The notes under the pieces were generated by a model, which saw only the letters and a program-made list of their open reading frames with translations, did not search any database and had not been told where the DNA came from. Shown here one piece after another: positions 38,588 through 48,652 of a DNA stretch of 64,000 bases. Position 1 is the stretch's first letter; every line of letters begins with the position of its first letter. The stretch spans positions 1,728,001-1,792,000 of the forward strand of contig CAVSGM010000002.1 in assembly GCA_963727485.1 (NCBI GenBank). Reading direction: 5' to 3'. This DNA comes from an uncultured delta proteobacterium (GTDB taxonomy: Bacteria > Myxococcota > Myxococcia > SLRQ01). The translations under genes and the position numbers were made by a program.

Positions 38588-39427
38588 ATGTACCGCGATC
38601 GCACCGTCGGGGTGGTCCTCCCGGTTCGCCAGGCGGCCGGCTTCGTCGAGTCGCTCCTCGGCGACCTGCCGGCCTTCGTGGACCGGGTGGTGGTCGTCGA
38701 CGACGGGAGCACCGACGGCACCGCCGCCATCGCCCGCCGCGCCGCCGGGGGGCCCGGGTCCCGCTTCGGGGCCCGGGTCCAGGTGCTGGTCCACCCCTCG
38801 CCCCAGGGGCCCGGGGCCGCGGTGGTCACCGGGTACCGGGCGCTGCTGGCCCTGGGCCTCGACCTGGTGGTCGCCCTCGACCACGCCGGGCGCCTCGACG
38901 GCGCCGACCTGGCCCGCCTCCTCGATCCCCTGGTCGACGGGGACATCGACTTCGTGAAGGGCACCCGGCTCCGCCATCCCTTCGTGCGGCACGTGGGCCG
39001 GGGGGAGCGGGTCCGGGCGGCGGCCCTCTCGGCGCTCGGGCGCTGGGTCACCGGTGCCCGCAGCCTCTCCGACGCCGGCTGCCTCCACCACGCCCTCACC
39101 GCCGACGCCCTGCGCTGCCTGCCCCTCAACGAGATGTGGCGCGGCGACGCCTTCTTCCTCGACCTGCTGGCCAAGGTCGCCGCCGCCGGGCTCGCCGCCG
39201 AGGAGGTCCCGGTGCGGCCCACCTCGCGGCGGCTGGTGGGGCGCCGGGTGCCCCACCGCCTGCTCCTGGTCGCCGCCCGCTCGGCCCTGCGCCGGCTGCG
39301 GCCCGCCAGGATCACCGTGCTCCCCCCGAGCGCCCGGATGAGCGCCCGGTCCAGCGCCCGGATGGCCGCGGCCCGCGAGGTGAACCCCCCGCCCCAAGCC
39401 CTGCCCCGGGAGCGCCCCGCCGGCTGA
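38588..39427 (+). CDS. Glycosyltransferase family 2 (DPM-synthase-like), degenerate
   Basis: VVVVDDGSTDGT, G.GAAVVTGY, DFVKG.R; DXD position reads DHA. Confidence 0.75.
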   Translation: MYRDRTVGVVLPVRQAAGFVESLLGDLPAFVDRVVVVDDGSTDGTAAIARRAAGGPGSRFGARVQVLVHPSPQGPGAAVVTGYRALLALGLDLVVALDHAGRLDGADLARLLDPLVDGDIDFVKGTRLRHPFVRHVGRGERVRAAALSALGRWVTGARSLSDAGCLHHALTADALRCLPLNEMWRGDAFFLDLLAKVAAAGLAAEEVPVRPTSRRLVGRRVPHRLLLVAARSALRRLRPARITVLPPSARMSARSSARMAAAREVNPPPQALPRERPAG

Positions 39428-39460
39428 CGCCCGCCGCCGGTGCGCCGCGCAGGCCCCGCC

Positions 39461-40807
39461 TCAGCGTCGCTTGTGGCCGAGGAGGTTGCGGTCGAAGATC
39501 AGGAGGTAGGCGCCGACCGGCCGGTGGCCGATCCGGTGGCCCACCGCCAGCACCACCAGGCGCCCGGGGCCCTTGCCGTCGAGGCGGGCGATCACCGCGT
39601 CGCGGAACTGACCTTCGAAGATCGAGTCGTCCCGGTTGTCGAAGACCCAGGGCTGGCGCCCCGGGCCGTAGGCCCAGAGGCGGTCCCCGTCGAAGCCGAC
39701 AATCACGTCCCCGGGCTTTCGGTCGAGGGGCCCGGCGGCGAGGCCGGCCTCCACCCCGGCCACCGGCTCGATCGCGAGCTCGTCGCCCCCGGGGGCGTAG
39801 GCCGGCCCCCCCGGCGGCCGGCGCGCCCCGGGGTTGCGGTAGAGGTTGAGGAAGGTCACGCCCCGGGCGTTGAGGCGCCCGAAGCGCTGGGTGAGGCAGG
39901 CGAGGTCCGGTCGGGGCGAGGACACCCTCGTCAGGAGCAGGACCCGGCCCCGGATGTCCACGCCGCCGGGCAGGGGGCCCTGGAGCGGAAGCTCGCCCCA
40001 GGGGACCAGGTGGCCGCCGCCGGTGTTGTGGAGGACCACCGCCCGGGACCCGCGGAAGGTGCCGGCGACGGTGGCCAGGTCGACGCGCCCGTCGCCGTCC
40101 ACGTCCCCGGCGGCGAGGCTCCCGTTCACCCGGCCGGCGATCCGGACGGCGAGGACGGTGGTGGCGGTGAAGTGCCCCGACCGGTCCCGGTGCCAAATCC
40201 GGACGCTGCGGCTGCCGGGATCGAAGGAGGCGAGCTCCGCGTGGCCGTCCCCGTCGAGGTCGGCGAGGACCACCGCCGCGTTGGCGAGGGGCGCGTCGTC
40301 GGTGCCCACGAACCCGGCGAAGCGCATCGTCTCGCCCTTTGGGCCCCGGCCCCCGAGGAAGACCGCCGTGGCCTGGGTGTAGGAGACCACCAGGTCGGGG
40401 TGCCCGTCGCCGTCGAGGTCGCCGGCGGCCACCGAGCGCACCTGACTGCCCGGGGCCACCCGCCGCGCCAGGGCCCCGGCGTGGGTCACCGGCAGGGAGA
40501 CCACCGTCCGGGCGTCGCCCCGAAGGAGGAAGAAGGGGCTGCGGAAGCCGCCGCCGGTGCGCGCGAGCCCCGCCACCGCCAGGACGTCCTCGCGTCCGTC
40601 GCCGTCGAAGTCGCCGGTGACCAGCCGGGTGGGGCCCCCGCGCGCCGGGCTCCACCGGGGGTCCTCCATGAGGGTCACGACCCGGAACGGCGGCGGGGCG
40701 TACCACCGCGTCAGGGCGGGGAGGTTGCCGAGGACCACCAGGCCGGCGGTGACCGTGGCGGCGATCCCGACCCCGATCCAGACGAGGGTGCGGAGGAGAT
40801 GCTTCAT
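39461..40807 (-). CDS. FG-GAP/VCBS-repeat membrane-anchored protein
   Basis: N-terminal TM; GDFDGDGRED, GDLDGDGHPD, ADLDGDGHAE, GDVDGDGRVD; ATGA overlap with the upstream gene. Confidence 0.85.
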   Translation of the reverse strand: MKHLLRTLVWIGVGIAATVTAGLVVLGNLPALTRWYAPPPFRVVTLMEDPRWSPARGGPTRLVTGDFDGDGREDVLAVAGLARTGGGFRSPFFLLRGDARTVVSLPVTHAGALARRVAPGSQVRSVAAGDLDGDGHPDLVVSYTQATAVFLGGRGPKGETMRFAGFVGTDDAPLANAAVVLADLDGDGHAELASFDPGSRSVRIWHRDRSGHFTATTVLAVRIAGRVNGSLAAGDVDGDGRVDLATVAGTFRGSRAVVLHNTGGGHLVPWGELPLQGPLPGGVDIRGRVLLLTRVSSPRPDLACLTQRFGRLNARGVTFLNLYRNPGARRPPGGPAYAPGGDELAIEPVAGVEAGLAAGPLDRKPGDVIVGFDGDRLWAYGPGRQPWVFDNRDDSIFEGQFRDAVIARLDGKGPGRLVVLAVGHRIGHRPVGAYLLIFDRNLLGHKRR

Positions 40808-43287
40808 GCGGGCGCCCCCAGGGGGGCGAGGCGGAGGAGGGTGGCGGCGGCGAGGTAGGCCAGGGCGCCGGCGGCGAGGACCGCGGTGAAGCCCAGGGAC
40901 GAGGCGACCACCACGCTGGCCGCCGACGCCACCACCGAGGCGAAGCCGCTCACCCCCCAGGCGAGGGCGGCCGGCACCGGGCCCCGGGCGCCGGCGGCGC
41001 GCAGGCCCAGGGGGAAGGGCTGGCCCATGAGGAGGCCGAGCGGCGCCACCATCCCCGCGGCGACCGTGGCCCGGGCGACGAGGGGCCAGCCGAGGAGGAG
41101 GTGGGTCACCCCCGGCGCCACCGCCGCGAAGATCCCCACGGCCACCGCCGGCCACAGGGCCACCCGGGGACCGAGGCGCCGGCGGTCGGCGAGGCGCGCC
41201 CCGAGGCCCGAGGAGAGGAGCAGCGCCCCCAGGACCACCGCGAAGGTCACCGTGGGCGGGCCGATGAACAGGCCCAGGGCGTGGACCAGGCCGAGCTCCA
41301 CGAAGAGGTAGGCGAGGCCCAGGGCGCCGAAGTAGGCGAGGACCGCCCCGTGCCCGGCGCCGCGCCTCCGTCCGCCCCGGTGCCGGCGCCCCCCGGCCCA
41401 CAGCGGCAGGGCCGTGAGCCCCAGGGCGACGAGGACCGAGAGCACCAGCAGCAAGGCCACCGAGACCTCCGAGACCGGGGCGTCCTCCAGGGCGAGGCGT
41501 CCCCCGGCGCCGGCGGAGAGGACCCTGGCCACGTCGCCGAGGGTGAGGTCGGTGAACCGTCGCCGGGCGTTGAAGAAGGGCCGGTCGTCGGTGGCCGGGG
41601 TGAAGGCGGCGGTGGCGGTGACCGCCGGGGGCAGGCGGCCCTCGACCAGGGCGGCGTGGCGGGGCCGGTGGCCGGGGCGGGGCCGGTGGCCGGGGCGGGG
41701 CCGGTGGCCGGGAGGTAGAGGGGCTCGAGGTGCGCCGCCGCCAGGGCGGCCCGGGCCGCGGCCACCGTGGAGGCATCGAAGGGCGCCCGGGAGACGATGA
41801 GCCCGGCGGAGAAGCTCCGGCGCCGGCCCGGGCGCGGGGGCACCCGCAGGGCCAGGAGGTGGCGCGCCGGGTCCCGGACCCCCCGGGCGGCGAGGACCGC
41901 CCGCGCCGTCTCCACCAGCTTGCCGAGCTGGGCCTCCGGCCGGGTGACGTAGAGGAGGCCCCGGGGGGTGAGGTGGTCGAGGGCGTCGGTCACCCCCTCG
42001 ACGGTGAGCGTGTAGCTCTCGGCGAGGTCGAGGGCCCCGGCGGCGGTGGCGGCGTTGGAGATGGTGTGGGCGGCGACGAGGACGTCGTAGCGGTGCCGGT
42101 CCCGGCGGAGGAACGCCCGGGCCTCGGCGGTGTGGAGGTGGACCCGGGGATCGGCGAAGAGGTGGCCGAGGTAGCCCGCCTCCCGGCCGGTGACCCAGTC
42201 GTCGATCCCGGGGTTGAGCTCCACCGCGGTCACCGAGGGCGACCCCCGGGTGAGCGCCCCGTAGACCTCGAAGCCGCCCCCGGAGCCCAGGACCAGGACG
42301 GTGGGGTGCGGCCGGAGGTCGAAGGCGACGGTGGTGAGGTCGCGCACGGGGGGCCGGGGGAGGCCCGGGCGGGGGACCCGGGGCAGGCGGGTGAGGGCCA
42401 CGCCTCCGTCGATGAGGATGTAGCGGCGGTGGGCGAGCGCCACCAGGTCGAGGCGCGAGAGGGCGTTCCACCGGTGGGCGAGCTCGGCGCGGCTGCGGAC
42501 CAGGCGGCGCACCGGGATCCCCCCGGCGGTGGTCTTGTCGGGGGTGATGCGCACCGGGAGGAACCTGCCGGCGACGGGGGCCGCCCCCAGGATCGCGACC
42601 CCGGCGACGGCGGCGGCGAGGCGCCCGGGCACCCCCTCGGCGAGGAGGGCGGCGGCGCCGAGGGCGAGGGCGGCGGCGAGCCACACGGTGCCCGTGCCCC
42701 CGAAGGGCCCGAAGGCAAGCACCACCGCCACCGCCCCGGTGCCGGCGCCGGCGAGGTCGAAGGCGTAGAGGCGCGGGGCCGCCTCGGCGAAGCGGGTGAA
42801 CACCACGCCCAGCGCCAGGCCCGAGAGGACGAAGGGCAGGAGCAGGGCCACCAGGTACAAAGGCGCCACCGCCCACTGGGTCGGCGAGGTCCCGAGGCGG
42901 AAGGGCTCGAAGGGCAGGGCGTTGGCGACGGCGAAGCAGACGACCACCGCCCCCGCGAAGGCGGCGGCGAGGCGGGCGACCCGGCGCCGGACCGCCCCGG
43001 CGGCGAGGCCGTGGCCAGAGGGCGAGGACCATCCCCGAGATCCCCACCCCGAGGATGGCGGTGGAGACCACCAGGAAGGCGAAGCTGTACCAGAGGGACA
43101 CCGAGAGCACCCGCACCAGGGCCACCTGGAGGGCCAGGGTCGCCGCCGAGAGGAGGAAGACCGCCGGGCCCAGGCGCCGGGGGTCGGCCCCGCCGGCGGC
43201 CGCGTCCGGCGGGGCGGCGGGAGCGGCGTCTGGCGGATCGACGGAGGAGGGCTGGGACACGTCGCGCACGGGGCCCGATGATGCCAC
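40804..43287 (-). CDS. Multi-pass membrane protein with spermidine-synthase-like SAM-binding domain (frameshifts at about 43010 and 41655; alternative start 43260)
   Basis: LSVSLWYSFAF, LYAFDLAGA, WNALSR, VLVLGSGGG, VELNP, ESYTLTVE, ATDDRPFF, YLFVE, FP.G, AWGVSGFASV across three frame segments. Confidence 0.8.
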   Translation of the reverse strand: MASSGPVRDVSQPSSVDPPDAAPAAPPDAAAGGADPRRLGPAVFLLSAATLALQVALVRVLSVSLWYSFAFLVVSTAILGVGISGMVLALWPRPRRRGGPAPGRPPRRRLRGGGGRLLRRRQRPALRALPPRDLADPVGGGAFVPGGPAPALRPLGPGAGRGVHPLRRGGPAPLRLRPRRRRHRGGGGGACLRALRGHGHRVARRRPRPRRRRPPRRGGARAPRRRRRRGRDPGGGPRRRQVPPGAHHPRQDHRRGDPGAPPGPQPRRARPPVERPLAPRPGGARPPPLHPHRRRRGPHPPAPGPPPGPPPAPRARPHHRRLRPPAAPHRPGPGLRGRLRGLRGAHPGVALGDRGGAQPRDRRLGHRPGGGLPRPPLRRSPGPPPHRRGPGVPPPGPAPLRRPRRRPHHLQRRHRRRGPRPRRELHAHRRGGDRRPRPPHPPGPPLRHPAGGPARQAGGDGAGGPRRPGGPGPGAPPPGPAGAPAPGPAPELLRRAHRLPGALRCLHGGRGPGRPGGGAPRAPLPPGHRPRPGHRPRPGHRPRHAALVEGRLPPAVTATAAFTPATDDRPFFNARRRFTDLTLGDVARVLSAGAGGRLALEDAPVSEVSVALLLVLSVLVALGLTALPLWAGGRRHRGGRRRGAGHGAVLAYFGALGLAYLFVELGLVHALGLFIGPPTVTFAVVLGALLLSSGLGARLADRRRLGPRVALWPAVAVGIFAAVAPGVTHLLLGWPLVARATVAAGMVAPLGLLMGQPFPLGLRAAGARGPVPAALAWGVSGFASVVASAASVVVASSLGFTAVLAAGALAYLAAATLLRLAPLGAPA
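41661..41712 (-). repeat. 18-bp tandem repeat, about 3 copies (PATGPA)
   Basis: ggggccggtggccggggc x2.9 on the + strand. Confidence 0.85.
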
Positions 43288-43332
43288 GGGCCGCGTCCGG
43301 GGATCAGCGCCGGCGAGCCGCGCAGGTCGTGC

Positions 43333-44814
43333 CTACCGCCCCTCGGCCCACAGCTGCGCCATCCAGGCCTCGACGTCGCCGGTCTCCCGGGGGATCGCGT
43401 CGGAGAGGATCCGGCAGCCCTTGGCGGTGACCACCACGTCGTCCTCGATGCGCACCCCGATGCCCCGGTAGCGCCTCGGCACGGTGAGGTCGTCGGTCTG
43501 GAAGTAGAGCCCCGGCTCCACGGTGAGCACCATCCCCGGCTTCAGGGCCCCGAGCTTGTAGGCCTCCTGCCTCGCCTGGGCGCAGTCGTGGACGTCGAGG
43601 CCGAGCATGTGGCTGACGTTGTGGAGGGTGTAGCGCTTGTAGAACTGGTGCTCGTCGGCGAGCGCCGCCTCGGCGTCGTCGAGGATCCCCAGGCGCTCGA
43701 GGCCCTGGGCCAGCACCTCCATGGCCGCCCGGTTGGGGGCCATGAAGTCGCGCCCGGGCCGCACCTCGGCGAAGGCGGCGCGCTGGGACTCGAGGACCAG
43801 CTCGTAGATCTCGCGCTGGGCCTTGGAGAAGCGCCCGCCGATGGGCAGGGTGCGGGTGATGTCCGCGGTGTAGAGGCTCCTGGCCTCGACCCCGGCGTCG
43901 AGGAGGAGAAGGTCGCGCTTGCGCAGCTTCCCGTCGTTGCGCATCCAGTGGAGGACGCAGGCGTCGGCGCCGGCGCCGGCGATGGTGCCGTAGCCCACGT
44001 CGTTGCCCTCGACCCTCGCCCGGAGGTTGAACACCCCCTCGACGTGGCGCTCGCTCACCGCCTCGGGGAGCGCCCGGATCACGTCCTCGAAGCCGCGCCT
44101 GGTCGACGCGATGGCGCGCGAGAGCGCCTTCACCTCGAACGCGTCCTTGATCAGGCGCATCTCGGAGAGGAACACGGCGAGCTCGCGGTCCCGGTCGGTG
44201 GCGGCGCCGAGGACCCCGTCGACCTCGGCGTCGACGCTCCGGAGCACCCGGTGGGGCCGGGTCGCCTTGCCCCCGCGCAGGTCCTTCAGGGTGGCCTTCA
44301 GCTCGCCGAGGCCCCGGGCGGCGTGGACCCCGTAGCGCGCCCGGCTCTCGTCGACCCCGAGGCGCGCCCCGACCCACAGCTCGCCCTTGACCCGGTCGGT
44401 GAAGAAGGTGGCGTCGGTCTTCCCGGGGTTGGGCTCCACGAAGAGCACGTCCCGGTGGCCGCCGCCGGCCTTCGGCTCCATCACCAGCACCCCGTCGGGC
44501 TCGGTGCACCCGGTCAGGTAGTAGAACTCCGTATTGGGGCGGAACCGGTAGTAGGTGTCGTTGGCCCGGACCTTCTCGTGGCCGGTGGGGATGATCAGGG
44601 TCTCCCCGCGGAACCGCTTGGAGAGGGCCCGCCTGCGCGCATGGAAGTGTGCCGCCCCGTCGATGGGAGGCGGAAGCTTGCGCGCGCGGGGCTCCCAGCC
44701 CTGGACCATGAAGTCGAGGAGGGCGTCGGGGGGCGCGGTGTCGTGGGAGGCGGCCTTCCCCTCGGGGGGGCGCTGCGGGCGGCGGGCGGGCTTCTCCTGG
44801 GTGGCGCGCTTCAT
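43333..44814 (-). CDS. pepP: Xaa-Pro aminopeptidase (M24B)
   Basis: ATG 44814; FYYLTG, RLIKD..E, LHW, LDAG, ADITRT, HMLGLDVHD, TVEPGLY, RIEDD. Confidence 0.93.
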   Translation of the reverse strand: MKRATQEKPARRPQRPPEGKAASHDTAPPDALLDFMVQGWEPRARKLPPPIDGAAHFHARRRALSKRFRGETLIIPTGHEKVRANDTYYRFRPNTEFYYLTGCTEPDGVLVMEPKAGGGHRDVLFVEPNPGKTDATFFTDRVKGELWVGARLGVDESRARYGVHAARGLGELKATLKDLRGGKATRPHRVLRSVDAEVDGVLGAATDRDRELAVFLSEMRLIKDAFEVKALSRAIASTRRGFEDVIRALPEAVSERHVEGVFNLRARVEGNDVGYGTIAGAGADACVLHWMRNDGKLRKRDLLLLDAGVEARSLYTADITRTLPIGGRFSKAQREIYELVLESQRAAFAEVRPGRDFMAPNRAAMEVLAQGLERLGILDDAEAALADEHQFYKRYTLHNVSHMLGLDVHDCAQARQEAYKLGALKPGMVLTVEPGLYFQTDDLTVPRRYRGIGVRIEDDVVVTAKGCRILSDAIPRETGDVEAWMAQLWAEGR

Positions 44815-44850
44815 GTCGACTCCCTCTATCACACCGGGACCACCGGAGCG

Positions 44851-44866
44851 TGGCACACCGGTTGCT
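44851..44866 (+). promoter_or_regulatory. Consensus sigma54 (-24/-12) promoter
   Basis: TGGCAC-ACCGG-TTGCT in a 64-bp divergent intergenic gap. Confidence 0.6.
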
Positions 44867-44878
44867 ACGCAGGGGAGG

Positions 44879-45769
44879 ATGGTGAGCGTCGCCGAGGAAC
44901 GCAAGCCGGGGGGCCGGGCTGGCCTGCGCATCGGACTGGGGGTCCTCGGGGCGGGGATGGCGGTGGTCGTCGGGCAGGCGCTGGGGGGGCAGCTCCTCGG
45001 GCTGCTGGGCCTGCCCGCACCGCCGCTCCCCGAGGGAACCGATGTCGCAGGCCTCGCCCGGATGTTGCCCCTGGCGGCGGGGGTCCTGGCGCTCGGCCTG
45101 GCGCCGCTCGCCGTGGGGCTCCGGGCGCCGGCGTGGCTGCGCTTCGCGGTGCTCACCGCCCTGGTCTACGGGGTGTGGGGGGTGGCCATGGCCCTGGAGG
45201 CGCGCCTCTTCGTCGCCCGGGGCGCCGGCTCCGCCGGCTACCTCGTCTATGGCCTCGCCAGCCCCGTCCTCCCCAGCCTCGGCGCCGGTGCCGCCCTCGC
45301 CGTCCTGGGCCACGCCGGCCCGCTGCCCGCCCGCCGGCACCTCGCCCCGGCGGCCTGGCTCGGCCGGAGCGCGGCGCTCCTGGTGCTCTTCCCCTTGGCC
45401 TACGTGGGTTTCGGGTGGCTCGCCTACCAGTTCGTGGGCGTGGTGTACCGCGAGGGCGCCTTCGGCCTCACCGAGCCCGGGTGGGCGCAGCTCCTGCCCA
45501 CCCTCGGTGCCCGCAGCGTCCTCCTGGCGTTGGTGGTGGGGCCGGTGGTGCGCCTCTGGGACCAGGACGCGGGCAGGCTCCCGGTGGCCCTGGGCCTCGG
45601 CCTCTTCGTCCTCCTCGGCGGCTACCACGGGGTGCTCGGGTACTGGCTGCCCGCGGGCCTGCGCCTGGTCCACGGCCTGGGAATCCTCGCCGGCGCCCTC
45701 TTCTACGCCTCGGCGGCGGCGGTGCTCCTCTGCGTGCCCCCGTCGCGCCGGACGGCGGTGGCGGCCTGA
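44879..45769 (+). CDS. Hypothetical multi-pass membrane protein (about 8 TM)
   Basis: GGGAGG before ATG/GTG; alternating hydrophobic segments. Confidence 0.7.
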   Translation: MVSVAEERKPGGRAGLRIGLGVLGAGMAVVVGQALGGQLLGLLGLPAPPLPEGTDVAGLARMLPLAAGVLALGLAPLAVGLRAPAWLRFAVLTALVYGVWGVAMALEARLFVARGAGSAGYLVYGLASPVLPSLGAGAALAVLGHAGPLPARRHLAPAAWLGRSAALLVLFPLAYVGFGWLAYQFVGVVYREGAFGLTEPGWAQLLPTLGARSVLLALVVGPVVRLWDQDAGRLPVALGLGLFVLLGGYHGVLGYWLPAGLRLVHGLGILAGALFYASAAAVLLCVPPSRRTAVAA

Positions 45770-45841
45770 ACGGGATCGCCGGCGCGCCCCCCAACCGGCC
45801 CCGGGCTTGTGGTCCGAAGCCCCAGCCCGCATGATGCGCCC

Positions 45842-46669
45842 GTGGCCGAACTGACCCGCGAGCTCGAAGTCGCCCGCCGGCTGGCCCTCGAGGCCGGCCG
45901 CCTGGTCATGGATCTCTACGGCCGGGTGGACCGGGAGGCGAAGCCCGGCGACGAGCCGGTGACCGAGGCCGATCGCGCCGCCAACGCGATCCTGGTCGAC
46001 GGCCTCACCGCCGCCTTCCCGGGCGACGGCATCCTCGCCGAGGAGAGCGCCCCCCACCCCGAGTGGTGGAAGAAACGCCGGGTGTGGTGCGTGGATCCCA
46101 TCGACGGCACCAAGGAGTACCTCGCCCAGAACGGCGAGTTCGCGGTGATGCTCGGGCTCGCCGACGGCAGCCGCGCGGTCCTGGGCGTGGTGCTGCTCCC
46201 GGCCCGGGGCGTCCTCTATGTCGGCGGGCCGGCGCTCGGGACCGTGGCCCTCTCGGTGGAGGACGGCACCGAGACCGCCCTCCACGTCAGCGACCACCGG
46301 GACCTCTCGCAGATGACCATGGCCATCTCCCGGAGCCACCGCTCCCGCCGGGTGGGGGCCATGGCCAGGCGCCTGGGCATCACCAAGGAGGTCCGCAGCG
46401 GCAGCGTGGGGGTGAAGCTGGGCCTGGTGGCCACCGCCGCCTGCGACGTCTACCTGCACCCCGCGGGGGGCACCAAGCTCTGGGATGCCTGCGGCCCCGA
46501 CGCCGTCCTCGCCGGCGCCGGGGGCGTGCTCACCGACTGCCACGGCCGGCCCATCGACTACGACACCGACGTGGTGGAGAACCGCGCCGGCCTGGTGGCC
46601 AGCAACGGCCCCTGCCACGACGAGATCATCGCGCGGATCCGCCCGGTGGTGGAGGACGCCGGGCTCTGA
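45842..46669 (+). CDS. cysQ: 3'(2'),5'-bisphosphate nucleotidase CysQ (inositol monophosphatase family)
   Basis: PVTEAD, ILAEE, WCVDPIDGTKEY, ISRSH, WDAC, AGG. Confidence 0.88.
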   Translation: MAELTRELEVARRLALEAGRLVMDLYGRVDREAKPGDEPVTEADRAANAILVDGLTAAFPGDGILAEESAPHPEWWKKRRVWCVDPIDGTKEYLAQNGEFAVMLGLADGSRAVLGVVLLPARGVLYVGGPALGTVALSVEDGTETALHVSDHRDLSQMTMAISRSHRSRRVGAMARRLGITKEVRSGSVGVKLGLVATAACDVYLHPAGGTKLWDACGPDAVLAGAGGVLTDCHGRPIDYDTDVVENRAGLVASNGPCHDEIIARIRPVVEDAGL

Positions 46670-46699
46670 CGCCCGGGACGGGCCACCTCGCCGAGGCGG

Positions 46700-48470
46700 T
46701 CACTCACCCTGGGGCAGGCGCACGACCAGGCCGGTGTCCCCGGCGGTCACGGTCATCGGGTGGAAGCCGGGGGCGTGGACGGTGAGCCGGTAGCGCCCCG
46801 GCGCCAGGTGGCCCACCACGAAGTGCCCGGTGCCGCCGCTGCCGCCCACCACCGTGAGCTTGGGATCGCCCAGGTGGACCAGGCGCAGATCCACGAAGGG
46901 CACCCGCTTGCCCTTCGGGTCGAGGAGGTCGCCCTCCACGGTGAGGGCCGGGCGCAGGTGGAGGGTCTGGGGGCCGGCGCCGGCGGTGAGGGTGGTGCCC
47001 GGCGGGATGCGCCAGTGGGCGCCGCTCATCAGGAAGGTGGGGATGTAGGCCCCCGGCGGGAGGGGGCCCTGGCTGTGGAGCTGGCCGCCGTCGCCGCTGC
47101 TGGCGTAGGACACGGCCGCGTGGGTGCCCTTCGCCGGGTGGAGGATGAGGCGCAGGCCCGGGATCCCCTGGCCCCCGGGGTCGACGGCGCGGCCGGTGAG
47201 CACCGCGCCGTGCACCGCCTCGAGGTCCACCGTGTCCTGGTCGGGGACCTCCAGCTTCCTTGGCGGCACCACCAGGTCCCCGGCGACGTCTGCGGACAAG
47301 AGGTAGGTGCCCGCCGCCAGGGCGATGTGGACCTCCGTCTTCCCCTGGGGCAGGGGGAGATGGCGGTCGTAGGGCCAGGCGCCCCGGCCGGTCCGCGCCA
47401 CGTCGAGCATCGGGAGATCGCCGTGGCCGGTGAGCGCGTGGCCGTCGGGGTCGAGGACGCGGACGGCAATCTCGCTCCCCTCGTGGAGCACCACCTCAAT
47501 CGGCACCTTCCCACCGCCGTCGTTCGGGTACAGCGCCTGCGCCCGCGGCCGGCCCGGGGCCCGGGCCTCCACCACGTAGTTCCCGTGATGGGGCACCGGC
47601 GTGATCTCCAGGTGCCCGTCCTCGTCGACGGGGTGCCAGGTGAACCAGGGCGAGCCCGCGTCCTTGGGGTCCACCGGCATGCCCTGGCCGGACAGGCGCA
47701 CCGCGGCGTCGGGGACCGGGTCCCCCGCGGGGGTGACCACGTGGACCTCGAGGGCCTCCTGGGCGAGGAGGGTGAGGACCACGCCGTCCACCCTGCCCGG
47801 GCGGGCGTCGATCTGGACGAGCTTGCTCTGGCGCGCGCCCCGGGTCGCCTGGAGCTGGACGATCTTCCGGGGGAGGCAGGCGAGGGTGAAGGTCCCGTCG
47901 GCATCGGTCGTCACCGGCGGGCAGCGCAGGTCGAGGGGCCTGCCCACCGAGACGCCGGCCGCGGGCGCCCCGTCGGCCAGCACCTTGCCGGTGACCACCG
48001 CCGCCTTCTCCAGGCTCACCCGGTGGGGTCCGGCCGGTCCGAAGCGCTGCTCCTTCGGGGAGAAGCCGTCGGCGCCGAGGGGCACCCGGGGCGCCGCGGC
48101 CGGTGCGCACCAGGAAGGTGAACGCGGCCGGCCGCCAGGCCCGGGTGAGGGCCGAGTGGCGGGTGAGGGTGGGGATCGAGGTGGGGGACCGGGACGCCGT
48201 CCCCCTCCACCGGATCGCCCCGGCGATCCCGGACCTGGATCCGCAGGTCGTGCTCGGTGCGCAGGACCAGGGTCACGGTCTCGGGGCCGGGCCGAGCCAG
48301 GTGAGGGTGACGTGCACCGCCTCCCCGCGCTGGGCGAGGCCCGGGGTCACCGTCCCCTGGACCGCGCCGGTGGTCGGCGGGGGCCGGCGACCGTGGAGGG
48401 CCACGGCGATCCCCGCCGCCACCGCCAGGCCGCCCGCCGCCATCGCCAGCCACCCTCTTGCCCGGTGCAC
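46700..48470 (-). CDS. Carboxypeptidase-regulatory-like (Ig-like) repeat exported protein (multiple frameshifts at about 48090-48290)
   Basis: GTG 48470 after GAGGGGG with N-terminal TM; repeats TTDADGTF, G.PV..A.V, L.PGRY.L.V.APGF. Confidence 0.7.
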
Positions 48471-48652
48471 CTGCCCCCTCTCGCGCCCCTCCGGCGCACC
48501 TCGGGAGTCTACCTCAGCCGGCGACCCTCGGACCGGGCCGATCCCCCAGGGCACCCGCCGCCCTTGTGGGCGCGACCCGCCTCGGCCATCATCCGGCCGT
48601 GACGCACACGAGCCAGTCGGGGACTTGCCCCGGCGCCGGGAGCGCGTAGACC

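Noticed and set aside
41661..41712. G-rich tandem repeat as a regulatory or G-quadruplex element
   Set aside because: It has an in-frame unit length (18 bp) and lies inside a CDS; best explained as slippage.
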